From Trichodelitschia bisporula (Eukaryota), in the NCBI GenBank assembly GCA_010356995.1, contig ML996688.1, positions 1,400,579-1,464,578 on the forward strand: a stretch of 64,000 nucleotides of DNA, given 5' to 3'. The translations under genes and the position numbers were made by a program. Shown in pieces: positions 1 to 12,436 of this stretch (within the stretch, counting starts at the first letter, position 1; each line of letters opens with the position of its first letter). The notes under the pieces were generated by a model that saw only the letters and a program-made list of their open reading frames with translations, was not told the origin of the DNA and did no database searches.

Positions 1-511
1 GGACGGAGCTAGACGCCTTCGACGACGAAGAGACGATAGAGGAGCTGGAGACCTTGCTGCTGGAGACCTTCGACGACGACGGGTAGACGGAGCTAGACGC
101 CTTCGACGACGAGACGATGGAGGAGCTAGAGAGCTTACTGCTCGAGACCTTCGATGACGACGGTTGGACGGAGCTAGACGACTTCCACGATGAGACCTGC
201 GACGACGAGGGATGCACGTCGCTCGACGACTTGGAAGAAGAAACCTGAGATGACGAGATCTTAGAGGACGAAACCTTCGATGATGACGCCTCCTTCGATG
301 ATGACGCCTCCTTCGATGAAGAGTACTTGCTGCTTGACGGCGATGCCGAGGGCGAGATGCTGGAGCTTTTCGGCCAGGCGCTGCTCGACAACCTCATGCT
401 TGACGAGACGTCACCGGGGACACCCTTAGCGGGCGGAGCCCTCCGTTCGTTCGGAAGCACAGCGGCGGCGCTGGCGCTGATAAGCGCCAGCAGAGGGAGC
501 GTGACCTTCAT
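1..511 (-). CDS. Secreted Ser-rich repetitive (mucin/cell-wall-like) protein, 5' part only; runs off the window
   Basis: ATG at 511 reads MKVTLPLLALISASAAAVLPNERRAPPAK (hydrophobic signal peptide, then a dibasic RR), followed by open SSSKVSSSK / VYPSSSK repeats to position 1. TATA-like TATATA lies at ~659-665 on the minus strand. Confidence 0.8.
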   Translation of the reverse strand, partial: MKVTLPLLALISASAAAVLPNERRAPPAKGVPGDVSSSMRLSSSAWPKSSSISPSASPSSSKYSSSKEASSSKEASSSKVSSSKISSSQVSSSKSSSDVHPSSSQVSSWKSSSSVQPSSSKVSSSKLSSSSIVSSSKASSSVYPSSSKVSSSKVSSSSIVSSSSKASSSV

Positions 512-3500
512 GAAAAGAGCGTGATGCAACTATTAGTTTAAGTGCTCATAAACAAAAAAGAGTGTCGTGAATAGGACCGTAAAGAGTGAGTCCTATTAAA
601 AAAAAAAAACGAACGTGTGGATGGATGGCGATGGTGTTGACAGTGGGGAGGAGGGATCATATATAGCTTCGCCGCCATGCAAGCTACAGTCCCTGACGCT
701 ATGTCCGTTCATCATGATAGAGTCTAGTTCTCAGCCTACGCGTCGGTAGCGAAGCCACGAACAGTCTCGAGGAAGGCATGGCGCTGCCTTGCGGCGTCAG
801 TGCCGTAGCTGAGAGCGTGGGATAGCTAGACCCAGATGGTGTATCTACGCAGTGACCCCTTTCGGCCACCCCTTGTAAACCAAGCGCCATCGGAAGCAGC
901 CACAACATCGGCTAGCAAGCATCAAGCGGGATCCAAGGCAGCCCTAAGGACGGTACCGTAGGGCTAGTAGTCAATTGAGAGCCCAACTAGAACTAGATCC
1001 CGAGACTACGGTAGGTCGGTCGCGCTGTTACCGGTACTTCACCATGAAAACTGTGTTCGAATGACGAAAGGTAGGGTAAGCCGAAGAAAGCTCCTCTGTT
1101 CTCGGGAGATCGACGCGCACGGTCCGATGGGTACGGTAAGCGGGGTGACGATCTCTTCCAGAACGTGACCCACCACGGGGCCAATGCGAGCCGTGCTCCG
1201 CTAGAACGTGCAAAGGTACCTGCAGCCGACAAGGCTAAGGACGAGAGACTACCCCGGGCAGCCGGCCGATTGGGCGGTGGTGGCTTCGTTCCTGCAGCTT
1301 CGCCGAAGAGCCACGAGGCTAAGCCCTGGCTGAGTGAGTTTATAAACGTACGCAACGTGCGATTCCAGCGATGGCATGGTGCTGGGCGCGTGGAGGCGAG
1401 CCTTGGGTGAAGGGTTAACGCTTGGAAGTACGGCATTGCCTGGAAGAACCACATTTTGATAGGGGAGCGAAGGCTTCGCGCATGTCGTAAGTAATTGGAT
1501 GCTTGAAGCACGAAATCCAGGGGGGCGTGAAGAGGCGTCGGCTAGGACGCGATGCCAAGTCTATTGGTCTCCCCAAAACGACAGCCGAGTCATCCACCCG
1601 GCTTCCCGTGCGTTGTGTACTCCGTACGGTACTGTGGATGCCAGGATCCTTGATTTTTTTTTTGGATTTTGTGCCGTTTTTGCCAGCTCATGGACGAGTT
1701 GTAAGCGCAGGAGGGCCTCCTTTGATCACAGTTCCTCGAGACAACCTGAACACGGGATCTTGGATCTGGTTTGCACTCCAATCTTGTACCTTCACCCACG
1801 GCTTGGAGGGGTTGGAGGGGTTGGGGAGGGATGCATCGACGCGGACCGATGGAAGCCAGAACGCTAGTTATAGCTCTAGTTCTAGCAGGGAGCAAGTGGG
1901 AGTCGGACTTGACCGGATGGTGCAAAACTACTGAAGCTTCACATTAGGTCGCCTTCCCAAGGTCCCAAGACTCCAGGTTGGGAAAACAATAGCTTCGTCT
2001 GCCCACTCCAAGCTTTGCGTGATGTTTGCAATCAAGCACCTGTTTTAAGGCGCAAGCTTGAATTTTGTCGCCTTCGCATTGCTGCGTCCACACTGCCGCC
2101 TCGGCGGCTATGCCTGGCATTTGGCACGACTGAACGAACACATTTCACAACAAAGGTCTTGCCGGATAGGAAGGAACGGGTACATTGCCGCTGCGATTCG
2201 ACATGGTACCTGACGGTGAGGTGGGGTTGTCGAACAATAATGGCGTTGCGGGGCGTCCGACTTCCAGTATGAAAGGCGGGGGAAAGAGGTCGCGACGCGA
2301 GACAGGATGTTGTTGGGGCGAACCGCCGCTAACGCAGGGACACCCGTCTTTGCTTGGACTTGGCAAACATCCTCAAAAGGGGAAAGGGGTGGACGGGTGT
2401 TGGAACCTTGTCTAGACGCTCCTCTCGAGAGCTGAGTCTATCACCTGTGGAAAGTTCGGGCTTTATTCACGAGTCACAGTAGTTCGGTTACACGCATTGC
2501 ACATGTTGTGTCGATAGGGCTGACTGAATCAACTGTCAATTCTATCTATGGCCGGACATCAAGTACCAAGACAATCCACAGTAAATGGGAATTCCAGACA
2601 TTCCCCTTCGCCGTCGGATGAAGATCCGGGGTTGACCAGTCGCCGTGCAGCTCCAGTCAGCCCTCTCCATGCCTCTTGACCATCCCTGAACCCCTGCTTG
2701 CTCGGCCTGTGCCGCGTGGTTGTGCGTAACCAAAAGCGGCAAGGCGCCAGGGGTCAGTGCGGTGGCGCCCTGCAAGGATTCCTCAATTTCCACCCCAGTT
2801 TCAAGCAACATCATGGTGTAAGGCTGTGATGCACTTTAACCTGCCCGCGGCGAGTTTGAAAATCGGCGATTTTGCGTGCTGCTTTTTGGCAGCTCGCTTA
2901 ATACAGTATCTACAGTATTTGATGGTGAAGCCTCTTTCTTTCACAGTTAGCACCCGGCCTTCAGCTGCCGCTAGACAAGCCTACGTTGCTGAGGCGGGCA
3001 CGGCGTGGTCACTAGAAGCTTCGCCCATGGCCCGGGATTTTGGGGCCCCAGTCAGCCTTGTTGATCCTCGGGAGATCAGCACATAGGGCTACGCGGCTCT
3101 TCGCACTGTCGATCATGGCGCTCTGAGGTTGGTCTCGAGAGGTCTGCGATCATTCCAGGCATAGCAACACGGAGTTTGGATGTAGTCTTTGGAAGGGCTT
3201 ACATGCTGGAGGAACTCAAAGAAGTCTATTACTTCTCAATCCATCGGACGAAGTGTAGTAGCACATCCAGCTAAAAGGTTGTCGATCGGTAGAGCGCCTC
3301 ATGGTTGCTTTCCTAGGATGGAGATATCGTCTTGAAATAACTTCAAACCATTGTCTACTCCGTAAACTGAGTGCCAAAGTTGTGATTGAAGAGTGAAAGG
3401 ACTGATCCAATACCACATGTTTGCTTTACGAGTACAGCATCGTTCTTTCCCCCCCAAACCGCAGGTCGGTTAAGTGCCAAGAATCTTAGGTTCGAAACGA

Positions 3501-3631
3501 AGCACTACCATTTCCTAATCGGGTAACCATTCCACTGGCCGAGCTCTAAGTTTGCTTCCAAGCCGTGGATTTGCAAACCATGGATGTGCGTACCAAAGCA
3601 TTAAGACCTCTCCATGTAAACCTCTTCCTCA

Positions 3632-3737
3632 CCACAACATTCATCCCCACAACATCTTTTCCACAACATCTTCCCCACAACATCTCCCCCACAACATCTA
3701 TCCCCACAACATCCATCCCCACACCCCGCAACCATCC
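3632..3737. repeat. Imperfect tandem repeat of CCACAACAT(C/T)nnnn, six copies at ~14-17 bp period plus a degenerate tail
   Basis: Read directly: ccacaacattcatcc / ccacaacatctttt / ccacaacatcttcc / ccacaacatctccc / ccacaacatctatcc / ccacaacatccatcc. Confidence 0.9.
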
Positions 3738-3898
3738 TTTCAATTGCGTAAGGCCACTGTAGGTTGTGTAAAGCTCATCCCGTAGACGGCACGGCCTTCA
3801 CATGGAAGGCCACATAGCATTTCTTAATGTTTGTAAATTGTATACCTCAACCTCATCAGCGCTAATCAGTTACCTAGGAAGCATTAGACACTGCCATC

Positions 3899-4754
3899 AT
3901 GGCAAATGAGGCAATTCGCCTGGGCTTGGAAGTGGTGAATCGGGTCGTGGCGATGATCCCAGGTGAGCTGTTACTTCATCCATATGTACGTAATATTGGC
4001 GCTCTAAAACTAAACCCTTACCCAGATCATCCTCGTGGCGATCACAATGGTCGGCAGGCTCATGGTGACGACGGCAAGGATACTCGTGATATCTCATCGT
4101 CGTCGGATGATGAGTATCGCCGTGAGCCAGTAAGTTCCAAAGCAATATATCACAAACCCAAGCAAGGCTGAGACAACCTAGGCCGACGACCGCCACCGCT
4201 CGCACCCTCATTTCGAGGACCGTCACGGCGAGCGGCACCCTCGCCGCACCTCCACCCCGCATCCAACCCTCAGAGACCAGTATCTCAATCAGCGAGCCCA
4301 GTCCCCAGATACTGGCCGCCACGTACATTTCCGTGGATCGGACATTCGTCACTCGCCCGAGCATGGCTCCTCCCACCATCGCTCCGGCAGCCATCACGCC
4401 CCTCGCCGCCACACGACGTATCACAATTACGATCGTGAGCCCTCCTACCGTCGCTCCCCTGACCGCAACCGCGCGCACTCGCATTCCCGTCTCCGCGACG
4501 AGATGGTTCGCCAGGGCGCTTACGTCGCGGGCGCGGCCGTTGGAGGCATCATTGGGTCTGAGGTGGCACCCCGCCGGCATCGGGAGTTGGGCATGGCCGT
4601 TGGCGCGGCGATTGGGGGCATCGGGGCCGAGATGGCGCAGGCGCGGCGGAACCGGAGGCACAGTGAGTACGAGGGCCGGGATCGCACTCGGGCTAGGGAG
4701 CGCGGCGAGGACCAGGAGCGGGCCGAACGCCATTCTTCCCGGGAGTGGCAGTAG
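3899..4754 (+). CDS. His/Arg-rich low-complexity protein with a C-terminal glycine-zipper hairpin
   Basis: Exons 3899-3962, 4026-4129 and 4182-4754 (GT-AG introns) join in frame. Contains GAYVAGAAVGGIIG...GMAVGAAIGGIGA. Confidence 0.7.
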
Positions 4755-5311
4755 GGTGGGCCATCGCGGATAAGACCCTGGGCTTTGTTGGCCTCATGAC
4801 TCTGACGGCTTGATGAAAGATGGAATGAGAATGGGAAATTTTCTGCCGAAGTCGGGTTGACTGAACCGTATGAATTGCAAGAAATAATTTGTCGAAGTGC
4901 GGAAGGCGTGGCGTTGGGGACAAAGCAGATTCATGTTCCTGGACAACGTCAGGATTAACCCACCTAAACCTCACTCCGCCGCTTTCGACACTTTCAAAAC
5001 CCCAAAATCTACCGCATGCGGGCTCATCTCATCGCGGTGTTCCTTCTTTCTCTCTGTAGTCGTGATTCTTTGTATTGACATGTCCTGGGACCAGGAGGAA
5101 TGACATCAGAATAAAGTGCCGTCTCTGTTCGCAGCTCGAAGAGCGTCTAGCAGTTGATAGTCATGATAAGCCGAAATCCATTCCATCCCCAAAGGACAGA
5201 GAAAGACTTCAAATAGATCCACCAAGTCCCTATTTTCCTCTGTGACGCCCAGATTATTGTCCCATCTTCACAAGCCATTTCTCCAGGGGAAATACACGTC
5301 CAACATCAGTC

Positions 5312-7054
5312 ATGTCCGAGTCCAAGTCCAAGTCCGAAAGGGAATACCCAGCTGGCATGGGCCCCGACGATGTCGCCCCAGGCTTCGACTTGCCAGAGTA
5401 CCTGAAGGTACAGGACCTCCCTCCAGACGAACGCGATCAAAAGCTCGGCAAAGCCTTCGACTACGACACGACGCAGTACACCCGTTTAGGAATGGCCGGT
5501 AGCGGCGGCGAGGGAACAACAGACATGTACCAGCACAAGCGAACCAACGCTATTGTGATCAAGAAAATTCATCGCAAGAGTGAATACGAGAACGTGGTCC
5601 CGAACGAGATGAACATCTTCATGTCGTTGCTGCGCGGCCGCCGCTCTCCACACGTCGTCAACGCCTGGGCCTTCGAGTTCGTCACACCGCTGCAGCCTGC
5701 TCTCTGGCTCGAGTACATCGACGGCCCTACCATGGCCGACTGGCAGCAAGAGCGTATGGAGGAGGACGACTTCTCTGAGGCCCTAGCCTGGCATACGGTC
5801 TTCCATTTGTGCGCCGGCATCGCCTTCCTGCACACGGGCGCTATCTTTGACTACGAAACGCGAGGCGTGAAGCGTGCGCCGCATGGCAGCTGGGTACCCA
5901 TTGTTCATCGCGACATCTCCTTCCACAACATCATGATGCGTGACAATTACCCGAGGGACCCGACCGCGACGGACTTGACCCCGGACATGGTGCTTGTCGA
6001 CCTGGGCAACGGAGCATATATCAACAACCACGGGAACTACCGCTTGGCCAAGGAACTGGAGCCATTTGAAACTAAGATTGTCCCCTACCCCACGATGCGT
6101 TACGGCGTCGTTTATGTCCGTGCGCCCGAGCACCCTGCAGACCCTAACACGACTGAGGACGTCTGGCAGGTGGGCCACATCCTCGCAACGCTGATGGGGG
6201 CGGTGATGGCCGGCAGCCGGCCAAAGGTAATGAATGCCGGGAGAAGGAAGAGATATAGCTCCGAGCTTGGCGCCCTTGTCAACCAGATGCTCGATCCTGA
6301 CCCAGGTCTGCGGCCTACCACCGATTTCATTGTGGACAATTTGACCGCCTGGTACACTCACAAGACGAAGCTTGCAGTGGAGGAGGGGATCTGTGACATG
6401 CCTCAGACGCCCGAAGAGGCGGCAAAGAAAATGAAGGCCATGTTCTGGGATATGTATTTCGAAACGGATCCCAGTAGGCGTGCGCCTCCGCCGCCTCCCA
6501 TGACGGCATCGGCTGTGGCCAAAACGGCACCGGATGCGTCAGGAACGGCACGGGACCCTTCCACCACGCGACCGGCTGCTCCAAGGGTGCCCAGGCCAAC
6601 CAGAGACGCTGATCCCAAGGTGGGCACAAAAGATGTACCCATCTTGCTCTATGATGATGATGAGGGGGCAGCAGGCCGACCAATCGACCTTTGCAGCCCG
6701 ACGCCAGAATACGGACGGCCATTCGCACTTGGGACGGCTGAACAGCCAATTGTGCTGGACGACTCCGACGAGTCTGACGATGGAAAGCCGCCTCGCGCCG
6801 CCAGGGCAGATTTTATCAAGGGCGAGAGATTTACGGTCGAGCGTGCGGAAAAGGTTAAAGAGTTGGCGTTCGAGATTGAGAGTAAACGCTATGGGACCCC
6901 GCGTCACACTAGGAAGGATCGTCCGACAAGCTCTGAAAGCAAACGCCATGGGACTCGGCGTGACACGAAGAGAGCTCGTTCGTCCAGCACTGAGAGCCGT
7001 GATCGCTCGAAGCGTGGCAAAATGATGGGGGGGCCATTTGCTAAGTTGATGTAG
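5312..7054 (+). CDS. Intronless divergent protein kinase with a disordered, basic C-terminal tail
   Basis: 580-aa ORF with a GSGGEG glycine loop, IVIKK lysine, LWLEY hinge, IVHRDISFHN catalytic loop, DLG, RAPE and DVWQVG motifs. Confidence 0.85.
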   Translation: MSESKSKSEREYPAGMGPDDVAPGFDLPEYLKVQDLPPDERDQKLGKAFDYDTTQYTRLGMAGSGGEGTTDMYQHKRTNAIVIKKIHRKSEYENVVPNEMNIFMSLLRGRRSPHVVNAWAFEFVTPLQPALWLEYIDGPTMADWQQERMEEDDFSEALAWHTVFHLCAGIAFLHTGAIFDYETRGVKRAPHGSWVPIVHRDISFHNIMMRDNYPRDPTATDLTPDMVLVDLGNGAYINNHGNYRLAKELEPFETKIVPYPTMRYGVVYVRAPEHPADPNTTEDVWQVGHILATLMGAVMAGSRPKVMNAGRRKRYSSELGALVNQMLDPDPGLRPTTDFIVDNLTAWYTHKTKLAVEEGICDMPQTPEEAAKKMKAMFWDMYFETDPSRRAPPPPPMTASAVAKTAPDASGTARDPSTTRPAAPRVPRPTRDADPKVGTKDVPILLYDDDEGAAGRPIDLCSPTPEYGRPFALGTAEQPIVLDDSDESDDGKPPRAARADFIKGERFTVERAEKVKELAFEIESKRYGTPRHTRKDRPTSSESKRHGTRRDTKRARSSSTESRDRSKRGKMMGGPFAKLM

Positions 7055-7318
7055 TAGTACTATAAATTTGACCGTGCTTGACTTTTGGCGTTTGGTAGTC
7101 GTTTGGTAGTCGCTTGGTAAAGATAAACCTTGAAAATGATGCTCGGGTGCAAGCGGTGATCAAGATATGGTGATGAAGAGAGTACTGAATTTTACCATGC
7201 AGCGAGGTAAATATACCGAGTATCACATGGCGCTCTATTGCTACCGCCTACGCGATGTCTATTTCGATCAACGATAGAAAGGGGGTATCAAATAAACCGG
7301 GTACCGTGAAAATAATGC

Positions 7319-9004
7319 TTAGGCCTCGCATCGCCTCTCCACCCGCCACAACACCAGTCCCCTCCGCCCCAACACGCGTGCCAGTGTTGGCCACACCCCA
7401 TCCTCTCCGAAATCGAGGTCATCGAGATTCAAGTGCCGATTGAACCGCCATTTTTCTTCCAGTGATATCTCGCTCCGATTGGACGCATTGATGTAGGGGT
7501 CAAGAAAGGTAGCTGAGCCTGGTGCGACGAGATATACACCGTCATCGCGGTAGCAGTCTGTATTCCCCCGCAGTGTAGCTAGCATCTCATCACCTGGAAT
7601 GCCCATCAGATCCGTCGTCACTATCTCTTCATTCTTGCCATTCAGGAGCCAGATAGGTGGGCTGTACGTCTTCCACCAGAACGCGTGTTGGATCCCATCT
7701 TGCTTCCCCAGGTGGAGCTGCATCGGTACCACGCCACCTTGATGAAATACACCCATCAGCATGCCCATGATGACATTAAAGATGATCCAGACCACGATCC
7801 AGGCTTGCCGGAACCGCCTAGGTAGTCTCATCGACGACAGCAGAAGAGGTACAGCGGGAATGAGGAACCGGGCTTCCTGGTGGGGAAATATTGACAGGAG
7901 CAAAGTTCCGCAAAACGCTGAGTCTATGCGCGACGCCGTATCTCCACCAGAGGACCTAAGCCGGTTGTAGATCAGACAGGGCAGAAGCAGGAACGCTGGC
8001 CCTATGAGGAGCGGGAGGTTGACCAAGAAGTGCTGATAGAGTGGATGGAGGCCATGTTTCTGCAGATTGCTCCGGGAGACATTGTACAAGACGTTGTTTA
8101 GTGGTGTTATGACGGGCGACGTGAGAAAGTCGAAGAATGTGGCTTCCGGATGGTAGAAGACTGTATCAAAGTATACGGCTGTACAGGCGGTGAGGGAGCC
8201 GAAGAAAACGAGAGAAGCAAATGCAAGCGGTCTGGAGGGTTTAGCATGAGGCTCACAGGCCGGCACGGAGCTACTTACTTGCGTCTGAAGTGAGGAATCA
8301 GTCGCAGACCGGGTACTATGACGTATGCCGGGAAAGTGATGCGGTTGAAAATGCCTGTAACAAGTATGAATGCGAGAACAGCGCAAGCGAATGATCCCGA
8401 ATGTTGCTGCAAGGCGCGTAAGAAGATGCGCGAAGATGGCGGGGCAGAGCCAGTCCTACCTTGTCCGCAACAATCCGCATAACCAGATACAGACTCCATA
8501 ACACCACTAAAGTTTCAATGGCATTCGAGAAAGTATGCGTCTGATATGTCCAGGTAACGTAAGACGAAGCGACAAGCAGCAAAGCGATGCGACGGCGCCG
8601 CCACGACGTGCCGATAAGCTCTTCCAGCGCCCAATCTTCCAGCACGAAGCTCAGTGTGAACATCAGAACGCGCAGGGTCCAGTAAACCACAGCTGGCGAT
8701 GGCTCTCCCTTGCCAACTCCCACCCATATCGAGCGCAGTATGATCATAGGAAGACCGTAGATAAGCCATAGCGGAAAGGTGCTGCGAATGGGGTACTTGT
8801 CGGTGAACTCCCAGGTGTGGTGAACTGGGTAGGAGAAGACCTCGCCTGTCAGGTTAGTACACGATTTCATCAACTGCTCGAGCCGTAGCGCATACCTGCA
8901 ATCACCTCCGGACCCTGAAAGTTTTCATCGGGATGGAGGTAGCTGGGTGAGAGGGCGAAGTAGAGTCGGACAAGAATAAGGACGAGGTGAATCCGGCGCC
9001 ACAT
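7319..9004 (-). CDS. SMP3: GPI mannosyltransferase 4 (Smp3/PIG-Z, Alg9-like family)
   Basis: Starts [33 protein letters not shown]. Later motifs [32 protein letters not shown] and WWKTYSPP. Multi-exon. Confidence 0.92.
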
Positions 9005-10646
9005 GTCACCGGGCGCGTATCTGCATGAAAGGCTATGAGAGGGAGAATGTAAGTATCATCGCGCTCTTGAAGCTGGAACTTGAAGGAAGAGGACGATCAA
9101 GTGCCCCCAGAGGCCCGCAGGCGCGTTGGGGATAATCCCCTTGGTGGTGAGATTTGCTTGGCTTGGAGGCGTCTGGCCAGGATTCGAAAGCTTCTTAGAG
9201 AGCAGCGGAAGGGCTAGGCTGTCAAGGGTGGGAGGACTAGGGAGCAACAGAAGCATCAAACAATTGACGATGTTGATTATTGTTGACTACATCCGTATGA
9301 TGGACGCGACATGACGGACTAACGAGCTAGTTTGTTGTTTGGTGTCGTGGCCTTCGCTCGGCTAAAATGAGGTGTTGCGTCGGCGAGCAGCGAACCAATT
9401 GAGCCATTATTTCCAATCACCAAAGCGATGACAACGTAACTTGTTTCTCTTGCCACTGACACGAACTACCAAGGAGGTTTGCTGGCTGAGAATCAGGTTT
9501 CCTGTGAGGTACAGAGAGGTGCTATACTACTGGTAAGTCGCGATAGACATCAAAAGTACTGATGTGCAAGGTTACGGCCTCCTTTTGCCATTGGGCCTTA
9601 CATGATCCGGTCGTCACTGGCCAGATACGGGTACAGTGCACTTCCTGAAGGTGAGAGTGAGTGCCAAATGCGATGATGGCCAATCAAAAGAATCTACGGC
9701 TTTCCCATTCTGTCCCCTAAATCCAACACAGTGGACTCGGAGCTGTCGATCAAGCGCATGGCACATGAAGGAGCCATCCGCTGCCGATAGTAGCGCACAT
9801 CTTATCAGCCATGCCATCTACACATATTGATCTCCGGATGTCGCTGGAATGTGCATCCTGGACGTGCGGGATGACTTCATCTTGGTCGGACAGTCTACAT
9901 CCGTAGAGGAGGCCGACATCTGTCTGGTATAAGGTTAAGAGCAGACGGCGGCAAATTTGTTTTGAGACTGAGACTGAGACTGAGATGCGTGTTCGAAGCC
10001 ATAGAAGCTGAGCTTTCCCACGGCAAATAATACATCGTGTCTTCGCCCACAATCCGCGCGCACAAGCGACGTGTGGCCAATTTATATTGATTTTACTGTC
10101 CCAACAGCCAGTCGGACAATTTGCGTTTCAGCCTTATGTTGATGAGACTTCCAGACCTCAAACTGAACTAGTGATCATCACGCGCGAAAGAGCAATCCAT
10201 GTTCATCTTTTCGACATATGTTTAGGCGCTCTTTAGTTCCAGCTTCGATGCAGCTCTCCTACGTACGGCGTCTCCCCCGGGATGCCCTGGTTGGCAAACC
10301 ACCCCCAGCCAGGGGAATGGTACATTCTTGGGAAAGAAGCGATGAGAAGCTGGTGTGGGGTACCGGTAGCAATAGCATGCCGTCGACACAAGCCTCAAGC
10401 CGTTTAGCTGCATGAAGCCAAAATGCATAAGATACTCCGAACCGCCAAAGCTAACCTCCCTCGTGTGGCAAAGCGGCAGATACCCCACACATCACCCCGC
10501 ATGATGACAGCGCAGTTGCCGTTCAAGAGCCGAAGCGCGCCGCATAAAATCCGAGATGTGATATCCAAGATGTGCTTAGAGGCAACAGTCGATCCTTGGA
10601 CCATTTTCATCGTAGCTCTGTCCCTTGAATCAAGTGCTTGCAAAAA

Positions 10647-12436
10647 ATGCCATTTCTAGCGGAGATTGCAATTACAGTACCCAACCAGGACCTCCTGTCA
10701 TGGATGTTCGACAATCCCTCCTACGACGTGGATAAGCCCGTAAGTGCCCGGAACCAAATGTAGTCTCGTACTCACCAAAAAATGAGATATATATCGATGC
10801 TGCCATTCCTTCGCGCTCCATATCGCATAGAGAAGCCCTCCTCCTCACCCGCCAGCAGGCCGCAGGTCTTCGCGAAGCAGGGCTCCAAGATGGCGACTGC
10901 GTTTGCCTACACTCCTTCAACGATGTAAGCCGGACCAGCCTCGGGCACTGTAGTAGCTGAGACCTTGCCTCACCTCTCAGATATACTACTCGATGGCTTT
11001 CCTCGGCATCATCGCCGCAGGCGGCATCTTCGCCGGTACGAACCCCGCCTACACGACCTACGAGCTCACTCACGCCATCCGCACCGCCGCCATCCGCTTC
11101 TTCATCGTCGATCCCGCACTGCTACCGAACGTGCTAGCAGCATGTACAGAAACAGGCCTCCCGCACTCACACATCATCGTCTTTGACCCACCTCACCCAT
11201 CCGCGCACCCAGCACCCGTTCCCATCTCTTCAAACTTGCCCACGTGGTCCTCGCTTCTGAACCACGGTGAAGCAGACTGGCACCGATTCGACGCCAAAAT
11301 CTTGAGTGAATCTATCCCAGTCGCTCGGCTCTTCAGCTCTGGAACCACGGGCCTGCCCAAAGCCCTCGACCTCACACACGCCAACTTCGTGGCCCAGCAT
11401 ACACTGGTCATGGAATACCGCCCGCGGCCGTATGAAGTTCGCCGCCTCATCTGCAACCCCATGTTCCACGTCTCGCAGGTGCCGCGCGCGCACACGAGCC
11501 CGATACGCGGTGGTATTGTCACAGTAGTGATGCGCCGATTCGAGATGCAAGCGTGGCTGGCTAATCTGGCGCGGTTCGAGATCTCGGAGGTGAATCTGGT
11601 GCCGCAGATGGTAGTCATGATTTTGGCGTCTGGGCAGGCGGAGAGGAGCTCGTTTCGTACGATACGGAATTCCTGGTCCGGAGCAGCGCCGCTGGACCCA
11701 TCGCTACAGAAGAAGTTCAAAAAACTGTTGCCCGAAGGGGCGCCGTTGAATCAGGTCTGGGGCATGAGTGAGACATCATGTATTGCTACCATGTTGTATT
11801 ACCCTGAAGAAGATGCGACGGGGAGCGTAGGGAAGTTTATTCCAAACCTGGATGCAAAGATCGTGGATGACGACGGACGAGACATCAGCGGTGTCAACGT
11901 GAGAGGAGAGGTCTGTGTACGAGGCCCAACGATCGTTCGTGGATACTACAAGCGGGCGAATGAGGGAGATTGGGACGAAGAGGGGTACTTCCACACGGGG
12001 GATATTGGGTATGTGGACGAACGGGGAATGTGGTGGGTCGTCGACCGCAAGAAGGTATTCGTATATGACCGCGCCATTTCTTGGACAATACTAACCCGAG
12101 CTCTAGGAACTCATCAAAGTTCGCGGCTTCCAAGTCGCCCCTGCGGAGCTTGAAGCTGTACTCTTACATCACCCTTCCATTGTGGATGCCGCCGTGATCG
12201 GCGTGCAACCTGACCCGACGGCCTCGGAGCTACCGCGCGCATACGTGGTTCCTCGACCCGGAGCGGCAGTGACAGTAGAGGATGTGCGCAAGTTCTCCCA
12301 GGAGCGATTGGCGCGGTATAAGAATCTGGACGGTGGCGTGGTATTCGTTCAGGAGATCCCGAAGAATGCTAGCGGGAAGATATTGAAGAATCTACTGCGG
12401 GACCGTGCGAAAAGGGAGCTTGGAGCGAAGATTTAG
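10647..12436 (+). CDS. AMP-binding acyl-CoA ligase (4-coumarate/phenylacetyl-CoA ligase-like), probably peroxisomal
   Basis: MPFLAEI...DKP|IYIDAA start, FSSGTTGLPK, QVWGMSE, YFHTGDIG, DRKK|ELIKVRG and IPKNASGKIL. Ends in AKI (PTS1-like). Three introns. Confidence 0.92.

Noticed and set aside
520..3600. Gene-free 3 kb with many CTAG sites; possible RIP-degraded transposon
   Set aside because: Not AT-rich, no terminal repeats or transposase/RT motifs seen, and the ORFs look like noise. Treated as regulatory/intergenic.
3632..3737. CRISPR-like repeat/spacer appearance
   Set aside because: The repeats are 9 bp with 5-7 nt near-identical spacers, there are no cas genes, and the context is eukaryotic; this is a minisatellite.
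3897..4733. 278-aa minus-strand ORF
   Set aside because: Antisense to the better supported spliced + strand gene.
9300..10640. Short Cys-containing ORFs and a GAGACT microsatellite between SMP3 and the ligase
   Set aside because: No coherent spliced model, signal peptide or family motif.
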